A stretch of 64,000 nucleotides of DNA from an uncultured Chloroflexia bacterium. GTDB lineage: Bacteria > Chloroflexota > Limnocylindria > Limnocylindrales > CSP1-4. The stretch is taken from NCBI GenBank assembly GCA_963768655.1, contig CAVYIM010000003.1, positions 608,001-672,000 of the forward strand, read 5' to 3'. Position numbers and translations under genes: made by a program. Positions 50,252 through 64,000 of this stretch are shown one piece after another. The notes under the pieces are model-generated. The model made no database searches and was not told where the DNA came from. It saw only the letters and a program-made list of their open reading frames with translations. How positions within the stretch are numbered: position 1 is the stretch's first letter; each line of letters begins with the position of its first letter.

Positions 50252-52393
50252 GTGCTGAAGGAGCCGCGCGACCTGCCGCGCTCGTTCGGACGACACGACG
50301 CCCTGCGGCTACTGATCGCGGCCTTCATCCTCGTTGCGGGGCTCGCCGTCGGCGTTGCTCCGGACCTGGCGCCCACCAACAGCGGTCTGGCGGCGGACAC
50401 AGTCGCTGGGTTCGCCGTTCAAGCGCCTCGCGACGCCGTCATCGACAACCCGGTCGAGACCGAGGCCGCCCAGGCAGCCGCGGTCGCGGCCGTGCCGCCG
50501 CAGTACGACTACACGCCCCAGCACGCCGCGGTCATCGCCGACAACCAGGTCGCGACGTTGCAGCTGGACATCGCCCCCGTCGACGCGGCCTTCAGCACGA
50601 GCAAGACTCCCGAGGCTCTGCAGGCCGCGCTCGGCACCGTGCTGCCGTCTCTTCCCTACAACGCACGCTCGATCCTGATCGGGCTCGATGCTTCGGGATG
50701 GGCGGCCGTAGAGACGGCCGCGGAGGAACTCCTGCTGACCGTCGAGCAGGCCCAGGAGATTCGGGATGCCACGATCGCGCCGACCATGGTCAGTCAGCAG
50801 ATGCCGGCCGGTCTCACCGGGTCGGAACAGCAGCTCGTCGCGGCTCTGGTGACGCCTCTGGTCGTGGCCAACTCCACGTACAGCGCGACGCTGACCCAGC
50901 AGGCCCAGGAGCAGGCGAGGTCAGCTGTCGCCCCCGTAACCGATACAGTCAAAGCCGGCCAGGTGATCGTGGACCAGGGCCAGCTGATCACCCCGGCCGA
51001 CATGGTCAAGATCCACTACTACGGCCTGGATTCATCGAGTACAGATTGGGGTAAGCCTGCGGCCTGGATCGCGCTCGGCGCCCTGGTGTCGTCTCTGCTG
51101 CTGGCCTGGATGTGGCGCTTCCGACCCGAGTACTGGCATCGCGGCCGGACGCTCGTGCTCGTCGGCTTCGTCTTTCTGCTGGTGGCTCTCACCGAGAAGG
51201 TTCCGGCAGGGCGGGCCTGGCTGCCATATCTAATACCCACGGCTGCCGCCGGAATGCTTCTGGCGGTCCTGCTCGACGCCGGCACCGGGACGGTGATGGT
51301 GGCGCTTCTCGCGACCCTGGCGGGGATGGTGAACGGGTCGTCGCTGGAGCTGACGACCTATGTCTTCCTCGGCGGGCTGGCGGGCATCCTCGCCATCCGC
51401 AAGGGCGAGCGTCAGCATTTCTTCGTCCAGGCCGCCTTCGCCGTTGTGCTCGCGGAAGTGGCGGTCATCGGCGTCTTCTCGTTGCTTGGGCAGCAGGACA
51501 TGACCGGCACGCTGCAGCTGTGGGCTGCGGCCGCGGGCGGTGCGGTCATCGCCAGCGTGGTCACTCTCGGGAGCTTCGCGATCCTGGGCAATCTGTTCGG
51601 CATCCTGACCGGTTCGCAGCTGCTCGAGCTGGCCAATCCTTCGCAGCCGCTCCTGCGACGGCTCCTTGTGGAGACGCCGGGCACGTACCACCACTCGCTC
51701 ATGGTCGGCAACCTGGCCGAACGGGCGGCCGAGTCGATCGGCGGCGACGCGTTGCTGGCGCGCGTGGCGGCCTACTATCACGATGTCGGCAAGCTGGCCA
51801 ATCCGCTCGTCTTCATCGAGAACCAGCAGGGAGGCGACAACGTCCACAACCAGCTGGAACCCGAGGACAGCGCCGCGATCCTGCGCCAGCACGTCGCGGA
51901 TGGCGTGAATCTGGCTCTCAAGGCCAGACTGCCCAAGCCTCTGATCGCCTTCATCCCGCAGCACCACGGAACCTCTCTGATCGCCTTCTTCTACGCCAAG
52001 GCACGCGAGGCGGCAGCGGCTCCGCTCGGCGGCCTGGATACCAAGGCCGGCCGCGCGGCGGCCGAAGCCGTCGATCAGAAGCCCTTCCGCCACGCCGGCC
52101 CCAAGCCCCAATCACGGGAGGCGGCGGTGCTGATGCTCGCCGACGGCGTCGAGGCGTCCGTTCGCTCGCTTTCGAGCCGCGACGAGGCGACAATCAGGGC
52201 GATGGTCACCCAGATCATCGGCGAGCGCCTCGCCGACGGCCAGTTGAACGAGTGCGACCTGACCATCCGAGACCTCGACAGCGTCCGCGAGGCCTTCGTC
52301 GGACAGCTTCTCGGCATGTACCACCAGCGGATCGCCTATCCTCAGAACAAGATCGTCGAGATCGAGTCACGTCGCGGGCGTGGCTTGGGCTAG
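50252..52393 (+). CDS. 7TM-HDIG membrane HD phosphohydrolase (PgpH-like c-di-AMP phosphodiesterase family)
   Basis: Extracellular domain, 7TM, PGTYHHS, YYHDVGK, QHHGT, MLADGVEA. Confidence 0.9.
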   Translation: MLKEPRDLPRSFGRHDALRLLIAAFILVAGLAVGVAPDLAPTNSGLAADTVAGFAVQAPRDAVIDNPVETEAAQAAAVAAVPPQYDYTPQHAAVIADNQVATLQLDIAPVDAAFSTSKTPEALQAALGTVLPSLPYNARSILIGLDASGWAAVETAAEELLLTVEQAQEIRDATIAPTMVSQQMPAGLTGSEQQLVAALVTPLVVANSTYSATLTQQAQEQARSAVAPVTDTVKAGQVIVDQGQLITPADMVKIHYYGLDSSSTDWGKPAAWIALGALVSSLLLAWMWRFRPEYWHRGRTLVLVGFVFLLVALTEKVPAGRAWLPYLIPTAAAGMLLAVLLDAGTGTVMVALLATLAGMVNGSSLELTTYVFLGGLAGILAIRKGERQHFFVQAAFAVVLAEVAVIGVFSLLGQQDMTGTLQLWAAAAGGAVIASVVTLGSFAILGNLFGILTGSQLLELANPSQPLLRRLLVETPGTYHHSLMVGNLAERAAESIGGDALLARVAAYYHDVGKLANPLVFIENQQGGDNVHNQLEPEDSAAILRQHVADGVNLALKARLPKPLIAFIPQHHGTSLIAFFYAKAREAAAAPLGGLDTKAGRAAAEAVDQKPFRHAGPKPQSREAAVLMLADGVEASVRSLSSRDEATIRAMVTQIIGERLADGQLNECDLTIRDLDSVREAFVGQLLGMYHQRIAYPQNKIVEIESRRGRGLG

Positions 52394-52451
52394 AAGAGGA
52401 GGGATCCTGGCCGATGAGGGCGTGGGCCATCGGCGCGGAAGCGCCGAGGGC

Positions 52452-53207
52452 ATGACGATGAACGACTACGGGGCCCCTGGTCCCGACTCGACGGAGGCGC
52501 CCGCCTCCGTCGATGGCGATCGTCCGGGATTCGCCGACCCGGACGATGCCACGACCGCGTCGGTCTACCTCCCGCCCTTCCGAGTCGACGTCACCGCCCG
52601 GAGTGGCGTCGCCCATCTGGTTTCCCGGCACCGACTGGCTGCGGCGGTCCGGCTGGCCCTCGAAGCCGCCGGCGCACCCGGCCCGGCCTCGATCGGCGTC
52701 GTGCTCTCGGACGACCGCGAACTGGCCGAGCTCAACGGCGTTCACATGGGTCATGCCGGCCCGACCGACGTACTGTCGTTCCCGTTCTTCCCGCCCGAGG
52801 CCTACCCCACGCACGAACGCGGCGTGCCGGCCGGACGCGATCCGTGGGTCGCGGCAGCGCTCAAGCAGGCCTTTGCCCTGCCGCCAGGCTTGCGGGCCCA
52901 CCTGGGAGACGTGATCGTGTCGGTGGAGAGGGCGGTCGCGCAGGCGTCCGACGGCCTCGGCGGGCAGACCGGCGACGTGCGCTGGACGCCGGCCGAGGAG
53001 CTGCTGCTGCTCGCCGTTCACGGCACGCTGCACATCTGCGGCTGGGACCATGCCGAACCCGTGGAAGAGGCGGGGATGAGGGCGCTGGAGCGGAGTGTCC
53101 TCGAGTCGTTGCCGCTCCACGACGCGGAGCGCGCGTCATCGCCGGCGCGCGATGCGAGTCCCTCGGAGACGCAGACGGGGTCGCCGGCGGCCGCGCCCGA
53201 CTGGTAG
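52452..53207 (+). CDS. ybeY: rRNA maturation RNase YbeY with extensions and insertions
   Basis: PTDVLSFP, LGDVIVS, HGTLHICGWDH. Confidence 0.9.
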   Translation: MTMNDYGAPGPDSTEAPASVDGDRPGFADPDDATTASVYLPPFRVDVTARSGVAHLVSRHRLAAAVRLALEAAGAPGPASIGVVLSDDRELAELNGVHMGHAGPTDVLSFPFFPPEAYPTHERGVPAGRDPWVAAALKQAFALPPGLRAHLGDVIVSVERAVAQASDGLGGQTGDVRWTPAEELLLLAVHGTLHICGWDHAEPVEEAGMRALERSVLESLPLHDAERASSPARDASPSETQTGSPAAAPDW

Positions 53208-53387
53208 GTCGGCCCCGATTGACCGATCGGTCGTCGAGGATCTCGCGGCCCACGAGCCGCAACGCCCGCCTGACGCCTCGAATCTGACGCATGGCCGCGC
53301 CTGATACCATCCGCGCAGGCCCTCCGGAACGGGATCAGGGCCTGTTTTGCGTGTCGCGACATGTTCGAGTGGACCAGCGGAGCAACG

Positions 53388-54070
53388 GTGAAGATAATCG
53401 TCGGCCTCGGTAATCCCGGCGCCCAGTACGAGAAGACGCGCCACAACATCGGCTGGATGGTCCTCGACCGGCTGGCCGATCGAGCCGGCTGGTCCGGTCG
53501 CGGTCGAACGCGTGACGCCGCCGCGATCGTGCAGGGGCGCTTCCGCGGGCTCGACCTGCTGCTCGTCAAGCCGCTCACCTACATGAACGAGTCCGGGCTC
53601 GCGGTCCGCAAGGCCCTGGCGCGCGAGCGCACTCCGCTGGGCGAGCTGCTGGTCGTGGCGGACGACTTCGCCCTTCCCTTCGGCAAGCTCCGCTTCCGCG
53701 AGGGCGGCAGCGCGGGCGGGCACAACGGGCTGCGGTCGATCATCGAGGAGCTGGGCAACGAGCAGTTCAGCCGGCTCCGCGTCGGGATAGGCGATCCGGG
53801 ACGGGACGCCATCGACCACGTTCTCAGCCAGTTCGGGCGAGGCGAGAAGGCCCGGCTGTCCGAACTGTTGGACGCGGCGGCAGACGCGGTCGAAGCCTGG
53901 GCGCGTGAGGGCACGAACAAGGCGGCCAACCACTACAACGCCTTCGAGCTGCGCCCGGACGACGACGAACGCGCGGCCCCGTCCGGCGAGATTGACGGGC
54001 CGCCCGGGCCGGACGGCATCCGACGCACCCGAACGGGCTGGCGAAAGGTGAAGCCGCCCGAAGGTGGCGA

Positions 54071-54074
<4 letters not shown>
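53388..54074 (+). CDS. pth: Peptidyl-tRNA hydrolase with C-terminal extension
   Basis: IVGLGNPG, TRHNIG, KPLTYMNESG, GGHNGLRSI. Confidence 0.96.
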
Positions 54075-58009
<3,935 letters not shown>

Positions 58010-58047
58010 CGGTCAGCGCTTCGGGCACGGTCCGACTGCGGCGGTTC

Positions 58048-58088
58048 GCCCGAGTTGGCCCGAGTTGGCCCGAGTTGGCCCGAGTTGG
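58048..58088. repeat. 10-bp tandem repeat x4 (GCCCGAGTTG)
   Basis: Read directly in the mfd-acyltransferase intergenic region. Confidence 0.9.
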
Positions 58089-58220
58089 ACTCCATCGCGT
58101 AACCTATGGGCGGCCCGAACCGCCGTAGATTGGGCGGATGGGCCCCGGTGGAGTCCGTCACGGGCGGCCGGCTAGTTCCGTCGCATCCCGCTTCACGGGT
58201 ACCAGACAGAAGGACAAGGG

Positions 58221-60512
58221 ATGCAGCAGACGAACAGGAGAAGGGCGACCGCCTCGCGCGAGAAGGACAACTTCCGCCCCGACATCGAGGGGCTCCGAGG
58301 GGTCGCCGTCCTCCTCGTCGTCTTCTTCCATGCGGGGATGCTGTCGAACTCCGCCTTCCAGGTTCCGGGCGGTTTCATCGGCGTCGATCTCTTCTTCGTC
58401 GTCTCCGGCTTCCTCATCACGGGCCTCCTAATCCGAGAGCGCGAGAAGACGGGCAAGCTCAGCTTCTCGAAGTTCTACGCGCGGCGAGTGCGCCGCATCC
58501 TGCCGGCTGCCGCGGTTGTCCTGCTGGTCACGATCCCGCTGGCATACGTGCTCGTCACGCTGATCCAACGCCCGGACACCATGGAAGACGGGGCGTCGGC
58601 CGCGCTCTCCATCGCCAACATTCAATTCGCCCTGACGACGGACTACTTCAACCCGGTCACCTACTCGCCGTTCCTCCACTTCTGGTCGCTCGGCGTGGAA
58701 GAGCAGTTCTACTTCGTCTGGCCCGCGCTGCTGTTGGTGGCGGCGTGGCGCCGCCCGCGCCTGGGGGCGGGCCTTGCCCTGGCGGCCGTATGCGTCGTCT
58801 CGTTCGCGGCGAGCGTCTACATGACCGACGCGAACCCGAGCTGGGCCTTCTACATGCTGCCGACCCGGGCCTGGCAGCTGGCCGCCGGAGGCCTGCTGGC
58901 GGTCGGGGCCGGCTCGCTGGCGCGGGCGCCCGCGGCGTTGCGCCAGGTCATCGGCCAGGTGCTCGTGATCGTCGGCTGGCTGGCGCTGGCGGTGTTGTTC
59001 GTCGACGCCTTCGCCCTCAACTCGAACGTCCCCTATCCGGGCATGGCGGCGCTCGTTCCGACGGTCGCAGGAGTACTGCTCATCGCCTCAGGCACGCAGC
59101 CTCATGGCCCCGGCGTGGTCCTCGGGCTCATGCCGATCCGCTTCATCGGCAAGATCAGCTATTCGCTCTACCTGTGGCACTGGCCGATGCTGATCCTGGG
59201 CGGGCTGTACCTTCAGGCGGCGCAGCCGGCCCTGTCCCCTGACCAGGTGCAGCAGGTTCTCACTCCGGCTCAGGCGTATGCGCTCGCCCTCTTCTCCATT
59301 CCGGTGGCGACGGTCAGCTGGGGCCTGGTCGAAGAGCCGTTCCGGCGCGGCTACATACCGCTGCCGCGCCCCAGCCGCACCGTGCTGGCCGGCGTGACCG
59401 TGATGGTCATCGTCGCCCTCGTCGGTACCAGCTTCAACATCAGCGCCCAGAATGCGCTGGCCGATCTCGGCGGCGTAACGGCTCAGGTCAACCCGACGGA
59501 CACCCCGCAGCCGACCGACACGCCCGGCATCGGCGTCACGGACATGCCGCCGACGACGGCGCCCAGCTTCGCGACGCCGCCGCCTGGTGACACGCCCACG
59601 CCCGTGCCGGGCATGACCCCGGCCCTGACGATGACCCCGCCGGGCCCGCCGCCCACGACCTACGCGGTCACCAACGCGCTCCGCCCCACCCTGGCCAACG
59701 CGCCCACGGACTACGAGGCGCCCTGGGGGGATCACTGCCTGGGCTGGGAGGCGACGACGGTGCCGCCCGCCTGGGGCAAGTGCATCTTCGGCAACCCCCA
59801 GGGAACCTACCAGGTCGCGCTGATCGGCAATTCACATGCCTCTGCGCTCTTTCCCGCGGTCAACGCAGTGGCCAAGGCGCAGGGGTGGAAGCTCGAGGTC
59901 TACCTGAAGATCGACTGCTCCTTCGTCGACATCCCGATCACGGACATCAACCTCAAGCGCCAATACACGGAGTGCGCAACCTGGAACAACAACGTGATCG
60001 CGAGCTTGAACGCCCACCCGCCGGATCTCGCCATCGTTTCCATGATGCGCGAGATCAACAACGTCAACCCATCCGATGGCACCATCAGCGCCCAGGGCAA
60101 CGCCATGGCTCGTGAGATGGAGAAGATCCCCAGCTCCACCAAGGTCGTGATGATCCAGGACATCCCGGACCCATGGACCTATGAAGTGCCGACGTGCCTC
60201 TCGCAGAACCTGTCCGACTACCGCAACTGTGCCTATTCGCGGTCAAGCGGTTTCGGGCGGAACATGGGTAAGCGCGAGGCCATCGCGGCCAAAGCGTCGG
60301 GGGCGAGCCTGATCAATCTCAACGACGCCATCTGCCCGGGAACGGGGCCGTGCCCGGCGGTTCTGAACGGCATGATCACCTTCCGCGACCAGCACCACCT
60401 GACGGCCACCTTCTCCGCGTCGCTGGGGCCTGCTCTGGACCAGAAGCTGATCGCAGTCCTGAATGCATCTTCCACGCCGCCGCCTGCGCCTTCTGCTTCG
60501 CCATCCAGCTGA
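58221..60512 (+). CDS. Acyltransferase-3 plus SGNH domain O-acyltransferase (OatA/OafA-like)
   Basis: FRPDIEGLRGVAV, GVDLFFVVSGFLI, HFWSLGVEEQFY, ISYSLYLWHWP; Pro/Thr linker; GNSHA...DQHH catalytic-type motifs. Confidence 0.92.
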   Translation: MQQTNRRRATASREKDNFRPDIEGLRGVAVLLVVFFHAGMLSNSAFQVPGGFIGVDLFFVVSGFLITGLLIREREKTGKLSFSKFYARRVRRILPAAAVVLLVTIPLAYVLVTLIQRPDTMEDGASAALSIANIQFALTTDYFNPVTYSPFLHFWSLGVEEQFYFVWPALLLVAAWRRPRLGAGLALAAVCVVSFAASVYMTDANPSWAFYMLPTRAWQLAAGGLLAVGAGSLARAPAALRQVIGQVLVIVGWLALAVLFVDAFALNSNVPYPGMAALVPTVAGVLLIASGTQPHGPGVVLGLMPIRFIGKISYSLYLWHWPMLILGGLYLQAAQPALSPDQVQQVLTPAQAYALALFSIPVATVSWGLVEEPFRRGYIPLPRPSRTVLAGVTVMVIVALVGTSFNISAQNALADLGGVTAQVNPTDTPQPTDTPGIGVTDMPPTTAPSFATPPPGDTPTPVPGMTPALTMTPPGPPPTTYAVTNALRPTLANAPTDYEAPWGDHCLGWEATTVPPAWGKCIFGNPQGTYQVALIGNSHASALFPAVNAVAKAQGWKLEVYLKIDCSFVDIPITDINLKRQYTECATWNNNVIASLNAHPPDLAIVSMMREINNVNPSDGTISAQGNAMAREMEKIPSSTKVVMIQDIPDPWTYEVPTCLSQNLSDYRNCAYSRSSGFGRNMGKREAIAAKASGASLINLNDAICPGTGPCPAVLNGMITFRDQHHLTATFSASLGPALDQKLIAVLNASSTPPPAPSASPSS

Positions 60513-60754
60513 CGTACCGTCCGGCCGGCTCGGTCCGAGTTCATGGGCTCGGCGCCCATTTCGAGCTCGGTCGGCGGCGAACCGCGGCGATTGGCGGGCG
60601 GATCCCGGCCTCGGCCTCGTCCGCAGCCTCGGCCGGCTCATAGCAGCCCGACCGGATCTGACGATTTTCAGGTTGGCTGGTCTGGAGCCCACGTCGCTGC
60701 GGTAGACTTCGCCTGCCGAACCCAGCCGAAGCTTGACCGGAGGACAGCCTCGAC

Positions 60755-61276
60755 ATGACAGCCGAGGAGCTGCGCGCCAAGATCCGCGAGATCCCCGACT
60801 TCCCAAAGCCGGGCATTCTCTTCTACGACATCACGACTCTGCTCAAAAATCCGGACGCCTACCACGAGGCGATCGATCTCATGATCGAGCCATATCGCGA
60901 TTCGGGCGTGGAGCTCGTCGTTGGCATGGAGTCACGCGGATTCATCTTCAGCGGCCCGATTGCCTACCAGCTGCATGCCGGCCTGGTGCCGGTCCGCAAG
61001 CTCGGCAAGCTGCCGTCGGAGACCGTCTCGGTCGAGTACGCGCTCGAGTACGGCTCCAACACGCTCGAGATCCACAAAGACGCCATCGGCCGAGGTCAGC
61101 GCGTCCTCATCGTCGACGACTTGCTCGCCACCGGCGGCACCGTCCGCGGCACGATCGAGCTGGTGGAGCGATTGGCGGGCCAGATAGTCGGCCTCGACTT
61201 CCTGGTCGAACTGCTCCTCCTCAAGGGCCGAGATCGCCTGCGGAGCTACAAGACGACGAGCGTCATCCAGTACTGA
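60755..61276 (+). CDS. apt: Adenine phosphoribosyltransferase
   Basis: IPDFPKPGILFYDITTLL, ESRGF, YALEYG, VDDLLATGGT. Confidence 0.97.
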   Translation: MTAEELRAKIREIPDFPKPGILFYDITTLLKNPDAYHEAIDLMIEPYRDSGVELVVGMESRGFIFSGPIAYQLHAGLVPVRKLGKLPSETVSVEYALEYGSNTLEIHKDAIGRGQRVLIVDDLLATGGTVRGTIELVERLAGQIVGLDFLVELLLLKGRDRLRSYKTTSVIQY

Positions 61277-61382
61277 TCCGCGGACGAGGTCCAGTGAGCT
61301 TCCCCGGCGCCGACGAACAGAACCCCCTGGATCGCCCCGGCTGGGCTGCGATCGTCGTCGCTCGCCGCCCGCCGGTGCGACA

Positions 61383-62249
61383 GTGACCACACGAGCGGTG
61401 GCCAGGCGAGAACACGCCGCGATCTCGGTCCAGGAGACGACGGATCGGGTGATGCTGCGAGCGTTCCTGGAAACGGATCGCCTGTTCGCCGCGTATGCCC
61501 TGTGCGACCTGGACGACCGCGAATTCCTCCGAACGCGCTGGGGAGTGGCGCTGTCCGGTGGCCGCCCGGTGGCCGTCGTGCTCCAGTACGCCGGCTACTC
61601 GCCCCAGCCGGTCTTCGTCATGGGCGAGAATGCGGGCATCGAGGGCATCCTCGCCTCAGTGATCAAGCCACGAACAGCCTACGTGGCCGCTCTCCTGACG
61701 AATCTCCCGGCGGTCGCGGCCCAATACCGCGTGGATGCCGGGCCCGAGATGGTCCGGATGTGGACCGACCGAGCCCATTTCCGACCCTTCCCGGCCAACG
61801 TGGAGCGCCTGCTGCCGGTCGAGATCGGCGAGCTGAACCGCCTCTACCAGCTGGGTTTCGCCTCGTGGCTGCCGGCCAGCGCGATCGCCGACGGGCTGTA
61901 TTACGGCATTCGCGTCGGCGGCAGGCTCGTTTCCGCGGCCGGTACGCACGTCATCAGCGCCTCTGCCCGTCTGGCCGTCGTCGGCAACGTCATGACCCAC
62001 GTCGACCATCGCGGCCACGGCTACGCGACCGCCGTTACCGGGGCGGTGACCTCCGAGCTCCTCCGCTTCTGCGATCAGGTCGTCCTCAACGTTCGAGCCG
62101 ACAACCCGCCCGCCCTGGCGGCGTACCGGCGCCTCGGCTATCAGACACACGTGACCTTCGAAGAACGGCTTATCCACCGCAGCGAGTCGGCCTGGAGTGG
62201 CTGGGCGGGTCCGATCCGTCGCCTCTTCGCGGCCCGGAAGGAGTCCTGA
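61383..62249 (+). CDS. GNAT acetyltransferase (FR47-like C-terminal domain)
   Basis: VGNVMTHVDHRGHGYA, LNVRADNPPALAAYRRLGY. Confidence 0.88.
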   Translation: MTTRAVARREHAAISVQETTDRVMLRAFLETDRLFAAYALCDLDDREFLRTRWGVALSGGRPVAVVLQYAGYSPQPVFVMGENAGIEGILASVIKPRTAYVAALLTNLPAVAAQYRVDAGPEMVRMWTDRAHFRPFPANVERLLPVEIGELNRLYQLGFASWLPASAIADGLYYGIRVGGRLVSAAGTHVISASARLAVVGNVMTHVDHRGHGYATAVTGAVTSELLRFCDQVVLNVRADNPPALAAYRRLGYQTHVTFEERLIHRSESAWSGWAGPIRRLFAARKES

Positions 62250-62253
62250 CCCG

Positions 62254-63555
<1,302 letters not shown>

Positions 63556-63731
63556 TCGTCTGACGGGCGCAGGCGGGACGCCCTGTCCCGCCGGGCGCCA
63601 CGGTCCGGAGCGGTCGCCCCGGCCGCGTGACGGCTCGCGCCCGGAATGGCACTCTCCACGTGCTAACCTTCGGGCTGCCCGCGTCGGGGCCAGATCGCGC
63701 AGACTGCCTGAGCTCGAATACCGGGAGACCG

Positions 63732-64000
63732 ATGGCCAGCTTCCTCGACGACCCTCAGCACCTTTTCACGTCCGAGTCGGTGACCGAAGGGCACCCCGAC
63801 AAGATGTGCGACCAGATCTCGGACGCGATTCTGGACGCGATCCTGGCCGACGATCCGGACGCGCGTGTCGCGTGCGAGACGGCCACGACCACGGGCATCG
63901 TCCTGGTCCTGGGTGAGATCACGACTTCAACCTACGTGGACTTCCAGTCCGTCGTCCGTGAGACCGTCAAGGAGATCGGCTACACCAACGCCGACTATGG
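63732..64000 (+). CDS. metK: S-adenosylmethionine synthetase (5' part, runs off window)
   Basis: [36 protein letters not shown]. Confidence 0.97.
   Translation, partial: MASFLDDPQHLFTSESVTEGHPDKMCDQISDAILDAILADDPDARVACETATTTGIVLVLGEITTSTYVDFQSVVRETVKEIGYTNADY

Noticed and set aside
53352-53368. SOS box upstream of pth-mfd (CGCGACATGTTCG)
   Set aside because: Only the GTTC half-site matches; the left half is not GAAC.
63670-63731. SAM riboswitch before metK
   Set aside because: The leader after the TAACCT -10 is only about 55 nt; GCCAGAT recalls SAM-III but the other conserved elements, and SAM-I motifs, are absent.

Overview
High-GC bacterial chromosome segment. The Firmicute-like rpsT/lepA/hemW/hrcA/dnaK synteny, GAAC-N4-GTTC LexA box, DUF5679 gene and lipoproteins suggest Chloroflexota, possibly Ca. 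Limnocylindria (inference). Contents in order: an SOS-regulated stand-alone dnaE2 with very large low-complexity insertions; a surface lamin-tail/multi-OB-fold protein with a 723-bp tandem duplication; a ~300-nt highly structured leader before a tiny DUF5679 gene; glk-gap-pgk-eno; a ~6-kb patch of accessory and decayed genes; rpsT with a ~190-aa histone-H1-like tail; lepA-CPBP-hemW; a ROK regulator with a sugar ABC transporter; tandem CIRCE with hrcA-grpE-dnaK; an ABC-2 exporter insert; dnaJ-prmA-mtaB-HIT; a frameshifted acyl-CoA ligase; rpsU-yqeY-HDIG-ybeY; pth-mfd; an AT3-SGNH acyltransferase; apt-GNAT-ahcY (frameshifted) and metK (partial). I saw no rRNA, tRNA, CRISPR or IS element. Best novelty candidates are the structured RNA plus DUF5679 unit, the S20-H1-like fusion, the DnaE2 insertion, and widespread leaderless gene starts. 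All family assignments are from motif recognition, not database searches.
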